Positions 1 through 12,100 of a stretch of 64,000 nucleotides of DNA are shown here, piece after piece; position 1 is the stretch's first letter, and each line of letters starts with the position of its first letter. Origin of the DNA: Entomortierella parvispora E1425 (lineage: Eukaryota; Fungi; Mortierellomycota). The DNA is taken from positions 682,001 to 746,000 of the forward strand of contig BQFW01000001.1 of assembly GCA_020891255.1 (NCBI GenBank). Reading direction: 5' to 3'. The translations under genes and the position numbers were made by a program. The notes under the pieces were generated by a model. The model was not told where the DNA came from. It saw only the letters and a program-made list of their open reading frames with translations, and searched no databases.

Positions 1-1336
1 CCACCTGTCTCAACTCTGCTCCCTCCAATGCCTGTGCTTGATCAACCTTTCCCTGTCCATCTGACACATCTGCGTCAAGTCCTTGCATCTTTTCAAGATA
101 TGCGATCGCGGAGTCAACATGGGGCTCAATGTTTGCCTCGACGCTCTCAAGACCCTTTTGAACTTTATCCAGTCCATCTGCCAACTTAAGATGCGCCAAT
201 GGGGGAACAATGTAGCCAGCAATCGATACTCCATGTTTGACCATCCGCAGCATTCCCAGGATGTAGACACCATATTTCTGAAAGAACTCGTTCGGTCGAT
301 CAAGGTCATAGCCTTCGTGCTTGGCCATATGAATGTGATGAGGGATCTTGCTGTTGGTCGACTTGGTATGCTCGCCACACTCACACAAGAAGAAGAGCCG
401 GAACTTGTCCGTGAACGGACTCAGGATATCCAATCGAGAACTCTCCTTGGGCAACACGATGAAGAGTCGAGGGATGGGATATTCGAGTAGCTCATATGTC
501 TGAGTCAGGATGGCGCGGATCCCCTGTTGGATAGAAATCAACCGCTCGTTGGCTTGTCGTTGAAGCTCCATCATGTTTGTCATCATCTGCCTCATTTCCT
601 CCTGAAGTCCTTTGTTTTCACCCATTTCGTTTTGGAGGATACCAAAGTGCTGACGGAACTCGGCTTTCAACGCCTCTGCTTGCTCCAATTGCCCAGTCTT
701 CATGGAGGCCAGAAAGGACTCGTACAGCTGTCCTGATGTCTGCAATGAGGACCTTGCTGCCATTGTGATGGAGGATGGAAGGGCAGTCTGCGAAGAACCC
801 ATGTCACTGGCGCCTCGATTCAGGTCCTGTCTTTTCATTACGGCGAGCCGGACAAGTCTCCCCACCACAGTATCCGATCCAGGGATAGTAGACACATCGG
901 AAATCGATCCCGTAGAAACCACTGTTTCTTGAGTGGAGTATGATGTTGGACTCTGGGAAGATGAATCCGAAATGGATAAGGTCTCGACTGTGGAAGGGAT
1001 GGCGTCTGTGTTTTTCATGATAGCTTCCAGGATGACTCCTGGGTGATAGGGGATCCTTAGCGGCAGGATCCTACAAGAGTGCGTTGTATATTAGTTTAGT
1101 GCTCATTCGCAGTACCTCTTTGGAAACATGGGACCTTACTCCTCAAAGTCGTCGTTGACCATGAAAGAGACTATAGTATCATCGAATTGAACCGACTGAA
1201 GGTTCTCGAATGCAAACTGAATTCGGCTCCAGAGCACGATGTGACAATTGGTCTTGGGGTCCCAGAGGGCATTGATCTTGATGACAGGACCATCTGGGGA
1301 AGCTCGGAACGACTGGGAGACGGTGGCTATTGTCAT
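1..1336 (-). CDS. Lineage-expanded Mortierellaceae-type protein (N-terminal header domain, S/T-rich linker, coiled coil, YPIPRLFIVLP motif); 3' end runs off the window
   Basis: Exon 1 is 1336-1140 (MTIATVSQSFRASPDGPVIKI...DDFE). A GTAAGG..TTGTAG intron at 1139-1071 restores the frame into ILPLRIPYHPGVILEA. The frame stays open to the window edge through TYELLEYPIPRLFIVLP...HMAKHEGYDLDRPNEFF...ALEGAELR. From recall these motifs mark a Mortierella family that usually ends in RNI-like LRRs, but that part is not visible here. Confidence 0.8.
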
Positions 1337-1418
1337 TGAAAGTAGGACTTCACTTGGTTTTTGGACAAAAGAAGGTCAGGAGATGGAGAAAATGAGGATG
1401 GAGACGAGTCAAGAGTAC

Positions 1419-1450
<32 letters not shown>

Positions 1451-1651
1451 GAGCAGGGCAAACATTTTGCGTGCATGTGGCGTCGATCACTGGATTGCGG
1501 GCTGTGCTGGTGCCATCCCAGACTGGGACATTTCTGTCCTTGCGACTTGCCCTGGCGCATCAAGGTGTGTTGCTCTTGGTTGATTTGCCTGCTTTGAACT
1601 CCTAGCAACCACTAGCTAACCCTCGAGGAATCATCAGGAAGGACTGACAGA

Positions 1652-1680
1652 CAGACCAGACCAGACCAGACCAGACCAGA
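1652..1680. repeat. (CAGAC)n pentanucleotide microsatellite, ~6 units
   Basis: cagaccagaccagaccagaccagaccaga read directly, in the divergent intergenic region. Confidence 0.9.
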
Positions 1681-2382
1681 AAGAGCAGCGCAGACCGTTG
1701 ATTTGTCGCCACCAACTCGCGAATGGGATATTGGTGGCAAGCAGAGAACCAAAGCAGACAACCAACAGAGGCGCCACTCTCTGCACCCTCTCTGCTGTGC
1801 TCACCCGCCCCACCCTGAAGAAGCCGGGAACGTTCCGTCCAGAAAAGAGTCCGCGCTGCCTTTTGTGCTTTGCCCTGATTTCTAACTTTGCCATGGCTCT
1901 CTTTCTCACCCTTGCCTGTCCCCCCTTCGACTTTCTTTGTGCGTGCTTCGCCATGCTTGCCATCCCTACTCATATACAGCGCACAGCTGGCTCTCTGTCT
2001 GGTCCGCTCTTTCCCACACTTCCTCGTCACCCCCTCTTTCTACTACCGCCTCTCTCACGGCAAGTTCCCTTGCTGTCGAATCTGTAAGTCAACCTCCATC
2101 GAATGTGGAACATGGGGCATGGAGCTGATCCACATTCATGTCCATGTCCATTCAATGTCATCAGAGTATGAATGCCACTACGAACACATCATTCACCATC
2201 CCCCTGCCTTTGTAAACTCGTATGTTCTTCAGGCAAATCGAAACTCAAGCTGACAACCATCCTTCTTATAAGTCGATGTGAGTCAAAGGGATCCTCGAAG
2301 TGTTTTTTATTCTTTTTTCGCGCGCATCAAGAGATCCATAATTCTCATACTCTCTTTATTGTTACAAGTAGAATCGTCCGCC

Positions 2383-5300
2383 ATGCAAGCCGGTCTTTCC
2401 TCGACCCAATCTCTCCAGCTTGTCGCCAGTCTTATCAAAAGCTGCCAGGAATCCTCTGATCCCGGAATTCAACTCTGGTATTGCCAAAGTGCCGACGAGA
2501 CTCTGTCTACCCTGAAAAAGAGCGTTAACCGAAACAGCCTGGACTCACAAGAGAGGCAACTGAGAGAAGACATAGGCTGTGCCTATTTTCAATTGGCCAA
2601 AGTTGCGACTGGGCTGGATGCCAAGCTCGTAAAGAAATGGGGCGAGAAGGCTGAAAAGTGGGCGTAAGTGACTTGAGGTGCATGTCGTTTGGTTTGTTGA
2701 ACCTTGGTCTGACTCGAGGGCTTTTTGTTCTATAAACTGCAGGCCAGGACTCAAGACTGGGAGCAAGACCTCTTCTAAGAACAAAAAATGGACAGAAGAT
2801 ATCGCCACTCTTCCTGACAATATCTTTCCGAGAAATACCCGTGCACCAACACTCCCATGGACTTATCCCAAGGTCGACGCTGCTGTAAAAGACACACCAG
2901 AGCTAGTGTCCAGCCTTACTCTCCTACATCGAGCCTCGGAAAAGACCTTGCACAAGAATTCCCTGGATGAAAACACATTGAAATGGCTCGACGACACTGA
3001 GGTTAACGAGGACGAAAAGACGCGACTGAAAAGCCTGGCAAGGCAACTAAGCAGTACTTTCATTGAAGAGAAGATCAAGGACAAGGAAGCCGTGGCTGAG
3101 ATTGTTGTTTTAGCGCCTGTCTTGACCAAAGACGACTTCAGGAGGCTTCTCGGTGAATTCATCGATATGCTTAAAATGACGAGTCTTCTTGACTTGAATA
3201 TCCTCGCGGGTCTGGCTCAGCTTATCAAAGATGCCCCGCCGGATACTCTCCATCCTCAGGACCTTGTTACTATCTTGGACGTAGTAAGCAGTCGACTCCA
3301 AGCAACACACAGTCAAGCAAAGGATCATGTCCACACATTGGTGGTGACCGTCAACGACATCCTTGGCGCTATGGCAGACCAAGGGGTCTCTAAACTTGAC
3401 AAAGTCGAATTGCACGAGCCCCTACTCAATTTCCTGGTCAGTCTCTGGGATAGCTCGGACCCACATATCGTGTACCATGCAAGAAGTGCCTACCAAGCAC
3501 TTCTTTGCGTCCCTGACAACGAGCCGCTCTGGAAGGCAAGGCTCAAGCGAGTTTCAAATGTTGCGACGGGTGTTGTTAGTGTAGCTGCCGGGATTCATGG
3601 CCTTGATACTGGAAATCTCCTTGATGGTCTTGATCGACTCCAGGAGGAGTTTAAGCGAGCTGGCGAGTTCGTGCTAGCCGTTCGTTCATCGTACGCTCAC
3701 AACGATCTTATGACCAGTCTAAAGGAGGGCTTTAAAAGAAAGAACAAAGAACCATGGTACTCAGCACTCCGTAGTGCCGACGAATTCTTGAAGCTAGGGG
3801 AACTGGTTGATTTCAGGAAACTAGTATGTGAGGCACCCTTCAGGAGACATCAGTGGTTTTTGTGGGGCATTTGCGAACGTCTCGGAAATCTTGCTGCCAA
3901 CAAGCAATCCGTCTGGGAATCAATGGACCAACATGGTGCAGTCCTACTTCTGTGTGAGATATACAAAGACGACACCACGTGGGGTAGTCTCCCTGATCTG
4001 AAAAAATACATTCTTGACATTCTGCAGCAGTTGTCATCACCTACTATCGATGTTCCTGGTACGTTCACAATTTCGAACATGCAGACCTTTTATCATTCTT
4101 TAGTGTATCTAATCAACTCTCTAAATGAACATATAGAGGCGAGGGCTTCCTTTTATGAACTGTCAACGAACGGTGGTCCAGAAAAACAGATCCTCTACCA
4201 GGAGTGCGAAAAGGCAGGTCCAAGCAACTATCATATCAAAACAGGCATTTCACGATTTGCCGTGCCTTCCATGTTGGACCGTGTTCAGGGGAAGGCTGAC
4301 GTAAAGGCGGATCTAAGACGTATGGCTCGGAGGAAAGCAAGCGAGAAGAGAGAAGCCTCTTATATCCCTCCTCGTGCTAAGGATAATCTTCAAGCGTCTG
4401 ATGATACAGCCGTCGATCTAGCAGAAACCGTCGCCGGTTTCTTGAAAAGCGATCGCAAGGTTTTATTGCTTCTTGGTGACTCTGGTGTCGGAAAAACAAC
4501 CTTCAACAAGTTCCTCGAACTTCATCTTTGGAGCCAGTACCTGGTCAGGGAGGGATCGATCCCATTGTTTATCAGCCTGTCCGCAATCGAACGCCCAGAT
4601 ACCGACCTCATTCCTAAGCAATTGAGAAAACTTGGGTTTAAGGAAAATCAAATTAGGGGACTTCGGGACCGGCACTTTATTCTAATCTGCGACGGTTATG
4701 ACGAAAGTCAGCAGGTTCGAAACCTGTACACTAGCAACCACTTTAACCAGCCAGATCATTGGAGGGCCCAGATGATCATCAGCTGCAGAACAGAGTACCT
4801 TCCGACAGACTACCAAGGACGATTCGATCCAGGGGATGAAGGGACAGAGGAGGGACAATCTCTTTTCCAACAAGCAGTCGTTTCCCCATTTAACGACATT
4901 CAAATCTACAAGTACATGGAGAAGTACGTCGACCAGAATAATCTTCTGTGGAAGCTTTCCGATTACCTCAGGGTGATGGAAAAGATACCTAGTCTTCAAG
5001 AACTTGTCAAGAACCCCTACCTGCTCTCGATCGCGTTAGAGGTCCTTCCACGGCTGGCAGACCCGGGCCAAGACATTGAAGCTGAGAAAATCACAAGGGT
5101 GCGGATTTATGATGAATTCATGGCTCTTTGGCTTGAACGCGGCAGGAAGAAATTCGAGGAAGACAAGGAACTGAGTCATGAACAGAAGAAGGCCTTCCAA
5201 AGTCTCTGCAACGACGGATTTGTCCAGAGCGGAATGGACTTTATCAGGGACCTGGCGGTGGCCATTTTTGAGAAACAACACGGCAAGACCACAGTCGAAT

Positions 5301-8300
5301 ACTCAAAGAAAATCGACAAAGGGTATTGGAAGGATAGGTTTTTCAGCCTTGACGGCGAGGTTCCAATTCTCTGCAATGTTTGTCCTTTGAATCGCAACGG
5401 AAATCAAATCCAGTTTATTCATCGATCAATCCTGGAGTATGGGTTGAGTCTTGCCATCTTTAATCCTGCTTTGGAACAAGAAGGGTATGAAGTGGAAGAG
5501 CAGGCGCCGTCCCTAAAACGCAGAGGCAGCATTGCCTCTCGATTCAGCTTCGAAGTCGATGAATACAAGGAAGATCTTAAGAGGAACAGGACCGAGGACG
5601 AGGATTTGGACTCTCCATTGTTTAAGCGCAGTTACCTGAAGGAGAGGTCGATTATCCAACTCCTAGTGGAGAGGGTTCAGCAAGATACAACAGGATGTTT
5701 CAAACAACGCCTCTTTGGATATATTACAAAGTCTGCAGAAGCCGAAGAATACCGTACTGCTGCTGCGAATGCCATGACAGTTTTGGTCCGAGCTGGCGTT
5801 TGTTTCTCCCACGAAAACTTGAAAGGCATTCGAATTCCAGGCGCAGATTTGAGTTTTGGGATCTTTGATTCAACTCAACTACAAGAGGCCGACCTTCGGA
5901 TGACGAATTTACAAGGTGCATGGCTACGAAAGACGGATTTGGGTCGCTCAAGGATGGAAGGCGCCCAATTTGGAGAATGGCCAGCCTTAACCCACGAAAA
6001 GATGGAAGGCACATTTGCTTACTCACCGGACGGGAAGCTTCTGATGGCCTTGACAGAAGAGGGTGTGCTAATGTATCATACTTCAACCTGGACCTTGGCA
6101 TCTCTTCCTACCTCGATAAAAGAGGAGGCTGAAGCGAAAATCGCAACATTCGCGTTCTCGCCTGATAGCTCTCTCATAGCAGCCGGTAGAGATGACAACT
6201 CTGTTGTGGTGTGGAGAGCGAAAACGGGGATGATGGTCACCATGTTGGAGGGACACGCCGACCTTCCGAGAGATGTGGCTTTTGCACCTGAAAAAGGCCA
6301 TCAATTTGCTACCTGCGGCAATGATTCTACAGTACGACTCTGGGACAAGTCCCCTTTCCTTCAGGGCTCTGGAGATTGGAAGGCAGGCCTCGTTCTTAGA
6401 GGGCACAGGGGCCCTGTTTTAACAATCAAGTATGACAAAGGTGGGAACATCATTGCCTCCTGTGGTAACGACAAAAGCGTTCGGATTTGGGATCTCGCTT
6501 CGAGAATGTGTATTCATATCCTCACAGAACACACTGGTCAAGTGGCGGGAATATCCTTTTCCCCTGCAAATTCATCCGCATACCGCCAGCTCTCTTCGTT
6601 TGCATTCGATCACTCTATCAAGCTCTGGAACGCGGATACCGGCGTCTGCGAGCATACACTCCAAGGACACAAAGCAACCATCCGCGCAGTATCATACTCC
6701 CCGAAAGGAAACTACCTCGTCTCTGCGAGTTCAGACTGCACAATCAGAGTATGGGACACATTAACCGGTCGACTGGTTAACACAATTCAAGTCCATGCCC
6801 AAGTCAATGATGTCGTATATTCTCCGAATGGGTTACAGATAGCAGCTGCTTGCGACGACAGCACTGTCCGACTTTGGCACTCTGAAGACTGGACTACACC
6901 TGGCCCAATCCTTAGCGGTCATTCTGACGGAGTGAAGCACGTATCCTATGCTCCTGACGGCTTTCAGCTAGCATCCAGTGGCTGGGACGAATCGATACGA
7001 CTTTGGGTATCTGTTACATCCAATCAGCAGCAATATCGCAGACACAGGTCAGAGGTTACTCAAGTTTCGCGTCTTGAAGGGGGCAAGTTCATTGTATCGC
7101 GATGCAAGGATTCTGTGCGGATCTGGAACGACGCTACAGGAAGTCTTCGTCATTCGCTTCCGAATAACCTCAAGATCACCGTGATGGCGACATCTCCGTG
7201 CGGTTTGCAATTTGCCACTGCGGGAACGGCCGACAACATCATCAGACTGTGGGAGCCCCAAAGCGGACAGTGCAAGCTCAAACTATATGACAGCAAGGAA
7301 CGGACTGTCGCTATCAGTTCTTCGTCGGAACAGATGGAGCGGATCACCGATATTGCCTATTCGTCTGATGGCTACCGGCTTGCCTCGGGCTGTCTTGATG
7401 GAATGGTACGAATTTGGAATTGGCGCGACGGTACCTTGATACACCGATTAAAGAACAGCAACAAGGGGACACATTTGGTCTTCTCACCTTCTGGAAGCGG
7501 ATTGCTGGCTACGGCTGAAAGCAACATTATTCAAATTTGGGATGTTGTGAAAGGAGTGCGCCTTCACAAGTTGTACGGGAATCAAAACACGATCGAAAAA
7601 TTAGCGTTCTCGTCGGAAGGGGACTTTATTACCACGGCTGCTGTGGATGGCTACTTCCGAACATGGAGTACTCAAAGTGGTGCGTTGACTCTCACTTTAA
7701 ACCATGGATTCGCCAAACCTGCTCTGATGACTGCCGATGCATCCAAGGGCGTGATGGTCTCCTCGAACGGCCTACTGAGCGTCTATGATTTTCTGCAGAA
7801 GAAACGCCTTTGGGAACTTCCAAGTTCTGGTGGACGAGCAGCTGTAGCCCTTTCCCCGGATGGACGACTTCTGGTTCACAGCGCCAAGGATGGGCTTTTG
7901 GTCTTGTGGGACATCACCAATGGAAAGAGCGTGGGCCAGTTCAAGACTCTGACAAACCGTATCACCAGTCTAGACTGGAGCCTTGAAGAAGGAAAGGCTC
8001 AGACCAAGATCACCGTTGGTCATGAAGAGGGAGATATCAGTGTCTGGTCCGTAGTCGAGATGGCCCCTGCCCTCACTGACGCTGTAGTAATCTCTGCCCA
8101 ACAGAAATATGATTTCTTGCTACTGTGGACCTCTGCGAACAAGAAATTGAACGTGGAGGGCATGTCCATCGAAGGTGTCAAGGGCCTGAGCTCCACAAAT
8201 GCCCGATTGCTGGAGCAAAATGATGCGCGGGGTAAACCGGAAGGCCTGTGGAAGAAGGCCCAGAAGGTCATTACCATGAACAAGGTGATCTCCAACCTCA

Positions 8301-8326
8301 AGAAAGCGGTTCCGGTGGAAGAGTAA
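2383..8326 (+). CDS. NLR-like STAND protein: helical N-terminus, ARM-like region, NACHT, pentapeptide repeats, WD40 repeats
   Basis: Exon from ATG 2383 and a phase-2 intron at 2664-2742 (GTAAGT..CTGCAG) join the 1882-aa ORF. Walker A is LLLLGDSGVGKTT and Walker B is ILICDGYDE. Pentapeptide stretch LKGIRIPGADLSFGIFDSTQLQEADLRMTNLQGAWL, then >12 GH..WD repeats. Probable stopless intron at 4059-4136. The exact start may lie in a small upstream exon. Confidence 0.92.
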
Positions 8327-8394
8327 ACGACGTGGGGCCAATGGCGCCCTTTTTTTCTACTGCTAGATGTTTTTCGATTAAATATTTATTTCTT

Positions 8395-8551
8395 GTCGTC
8401 ATCGGACGAGAAACCAGCTCCTGTTGTCGCCGCTTCAGAAGATGCGGCTGTGGATCAGGCAACAGCAGGACTTCTTTTCATTTGATGAAAAAGTTGGCTT
8501 ACAAAGATGGCACGTCAGTGAGGGTGCCTGCTTCCTCGGGCAAGGAGGCTG

Positions 8552-8592
<41 letters not shown>

Positions 8593-8760
8593 GAAAAGTT
8601 GGTCAGAACTGGATATCAGAACCTGAATGTTCGGTGTAAAGTAAGCACATGGTGAACTATCTTAAGAGTGATGGCGAACATTGTTGGTACCACTTCCCCC
8701 TCACCTCCACCTCATAACAGATTTCTTCTTTGTAATCCTCTGCTGCAAACGCGTCGATTG
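8395..8760 (-). pseudogene. Decayed partial duplicate of the JJJ1/DNAJC21 3' end (last exon, last intron and part of the preceding exon)
   Basis: gtcgtcatcggacgagaaaccagctcctgttgtcg..gaagatgc aligns with 12875-12940. aaaaagttggct, gcctgcttcctc, the poly-A, gaaaagt..gtcagaa and agagtg.tgg.gaacatt..g.tacc follow in the same order as 12980-13225. 8700-8760 encodes FAAEDYKEEICYEVEV versus [17 protein letters not shown] in JJJ1. Internal deletions and stops are present. Confidence 0.85.
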
Positions 8761-9146
8761 TGGAGGGGCTGTGCTGCTGTGAGTGCGTTGCTTTTTTTTT
8801 TTTTTTTTGAAACAAAGGTGGTGTCCGACAACAGCGGCGAGCTGAGTCTTGGGAAAGAAAGGTTGCGCTCCCATCACCACGAATGGATTCTTCAAATGCA
8901 CAGACTCAAGACAACACCCACGGATCTCAGAGACGTCCGTGGTTGTCAGTTTGGGTCTTTGCGATGCCAAATATCCTGCCGGTGCCCTTGAAATTTTCTT
9001 TGTGGAACCACATGACATGGCGAAGCAGCACTTTCTCTTTGGAGATCACTCTTGCACCTTTCTTCCTTTCCTCCTCTCTTTGCCTTAATTCGACATCCCT
9101 TCCTGCCATCCCTCCTTCTTCAGTGACACGGCCATCCAGAGCGACC

Positions 9147-12100
9147 ATGGATGACACTATGGCGTCCCGCGCTGCTATTTCCCTGACTGGCTTCGAAAAT
9201 ATAAACCTCGATGGCTCCCATGGCCTTGACTCGTTGGTCATGAATTACTTTAGCGGTGCTGGCTTGACTGTCGTATTAAACGCACTCAGGTAACAAAGCC
9301 AACTACTCATACAAAAATACTCACAGCGACCCCTTCTTGAAACTCACTCCGTGAACATCCTCCCATCTCTTGCCATGAATTGACCCTTCAGATTTTTGGA
9401 CGGTATAGCCCAAGGAGATCCAGTTGCTCAAAATAATGCAGGGCGAATGTATGAGAATGGCGAAGGCGTTCCACAATGCTACAAAAAAGCCATGGAGTTT
9501 TATTTAAAGGCTGCCCGCCAAGGCAAAGCCGCTGCCCAGAACAACGTTGCTACCCTGTACCGTGACGGTAAGGGTGTTCTTACAAGCGAAACGGATGCCA
9601 AAGAATGGTTTTCCAAGGCTGCTAATCAAGGAATTGCCGATGCACAGTTCAACTTGGGAATGATCTATCGTCGAAACAATGACCGTACTCGGGCTATGGA
9701 ATGGCTCCAGAAGGCTGCCAACCAAGAACATGGAATGGCTCAGTTCAGTGTTGGCGCAATGTATTATGAAGGATATGGCGTTCCCCAGGACCTGTCGAAA
9801 GCCATGGAGTGGTATTTAAGGGCCTCCGATAAAGGATGCGCAATTGCTCAGTTTAGCATTGGCGCCATGTATGATAGTGGTGAGCGCGTTGGCCAGGACT
9901 GCTCTATTGCGGCTGAATGGTACTTAAAGGCGGCCGTCCAAGGATATGCCGAGGCTCAGTTTAACCTCGGCATCTTATACCAACATGGCAGAGGTGTTTC
10001 ACTAGACAATTCCTCGGCAATCATGTGGTACATGAGGGCGGCGGACCAAGGGCTCGTCCAGGCTCAGTATCATGTAGGACTTTTGCATCATGTTGGTGGA
10101 ACTATTTCACAAGACAAACTCAAAGCTGTAGAATGGTATTATAAGGCTGCCAGTCAAGGGAATATCGACGCGCAGTTCAGCCTAGGCACGATGTACTATG
10201 ATGGCGACGGCATCAGTCAGGACTGTCAGAAAGCGGAAGAGTTGTTTTTGCTAGCGGCCGCCCAGGGACACGCCACAGCTCAGTACAACCTAGGGTTCCT
10301 TTACCAACATACCAGAGCAGCCAAGATGGGTAATTCCATGGCTATTGAATGGTACAAAAAATCAGCTGACCAAGGGAACCCTGACGCTCTATTCTGTCTG
10401 GGGGTCATGTACTATCATGGCAAAGATATTCCGCAGGATCACACAGAGGCGTTGGAGTGTTACCTCAAGGCTGCGGAACAAGGACACGCAGCTGCTCAGA
10501 ACTACGCTGGATGCATGTACTGCGAAGGCCATGGAGTGCCCAAGGATTTCTTTCAAGCTGCAAAATGGTACACCCGGTCGATTAACCAAGGATTCGTCTC
10601 TGCTATGAAAAACATGGGCCACTTGTACGAACATGGCAAGGGTGTTCCCAAGGACTACCAGAAAGCTATGGAGTGGTTTCTAAAGGCAGCCGATCAAGGG
10701 AACACCAATGCTCAGAACAACATTGGGTCGATGTACGCTAGTGGCAAGGGTGTTCCCCAGGACTGCCAGAACGCTATGGAGTGGTATATGAAGGCCGCCG
10801 ATCAAGGGAACGCCAGTGCTCAGGACAGCATTGGGTCGATGTACTATAATGGCAAAGGTGTTCCCCAGGACTACCAGAAAGCTATGGAGTGGTATTTGAA
10901 GGCCGCTGATCAAGGGAACGCCAGTGCTCAGAACAACATTGGGATGATGTACTATAATGGCAAAGGTGTTCCCCAGGACTACCAGAAAGCTATGGAGTGG
11001 CTTCTGAAGGCCGCTGATCACGGGAACGCCGATGCTCAGATCAACATTGGATCAATGTACTATAATGGCAAGGGTGTTCCCCAGGACTACCAGAAAGCTA
11101 TGGAGTACTTTCTGAAGGCAGCCGATCAAGGGAACATCAGTGCCCAGTACAACATTGCTTGGATGCACGAAAATGCCAAGGGTGTTCGCCAGGACTACCA
11201 GAAAGCTATGGAGTGGTATCTGAAGGCAGCCGATCGAGGGAACCCCGATGCTCAGAACAACATTGGATCAATGCACTATGATGGCAAGGGTGTTCCCCAA
11301 GACTACCAGAAAGCTATGGAGTGGTTGCTGAAGGCCGCCGATCAAGGGAACGCCAGTGCTCAGGACAACTTTGGGTCAATGTACAAAAATGGCAAGGGTG
11401 TTCCCCAGGACTACCAGAAAGCTATGGAGTGGTATTTGAAGGCCGCCGATCAAGGGAACGCCAGTGCTCAGGACAACATTGCGTCGATGTACTATCATGG
11501 CAAGGGTGTTCGCCAGGACTACCAGAAAGCTATGGAGTGGTTTCTGAAGGCCGCCGATCAAGGGAACGCCAGTGCTCAGAACAACATTGGGACGATGTAC
11601 TATAATGGCAAAGGTGTTCGCCGGCACTACCGGACAGCTATGGAGTGGTTTCTAAAGGCAGCCGATCAAGGGAATACCTATGCTCAGAACAACATTGGGT
11701 CGATGTACACTAGTGGCGAAGGTGTTCCCCAGGACTACCAGAAAGCTATGGAGTGGCTTCTAAAGGCAGCCGATCGAGGGAACCCCGATGCTCAGAACAA
11801 CTTTGGGTGGATGTATGCTAATGGCAAAGGTGTTCCCCAGGACTACCAGAAAGCTATGGAGTGGTATCTGAAGGCCACCAATCAAGGGAGCGCCAGTGCC
11901 CAGATCAACATTGGATCAATGTACTATAATGGCAAGGGTGTTCCCCAGGACTACCAGAAAGCTATGGAGTGGTATTTGAAGGCCGCCGATCAAGGGAACG
12001 CCAGTGCTCAGGACAACATTGCGTCGATGTACTATCATGGCAAGGGTGTTCGCCAGGACTACCAGAAAGCTATGGAGTGGTTTCTGAAGGCCGCCGATCA

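Noticed and set aside
1248-2253. Multiple 60-140-aa ORFs in the divergent intergenic region
   Set aside because: They are driven by poly-A (poly-K/F), microsatellite and CT-rich promoter sequence, with no domain-like content.
9147-9400. Amyloid signalling motif (HET-s/PP/sigma-like) at the Sel1 or NLR N-terminus
   Set aside because: No N/Q/G-rich pseudo-repeat of the expected pattern, and no adjacent HeLo/HET effector gene was recognised.
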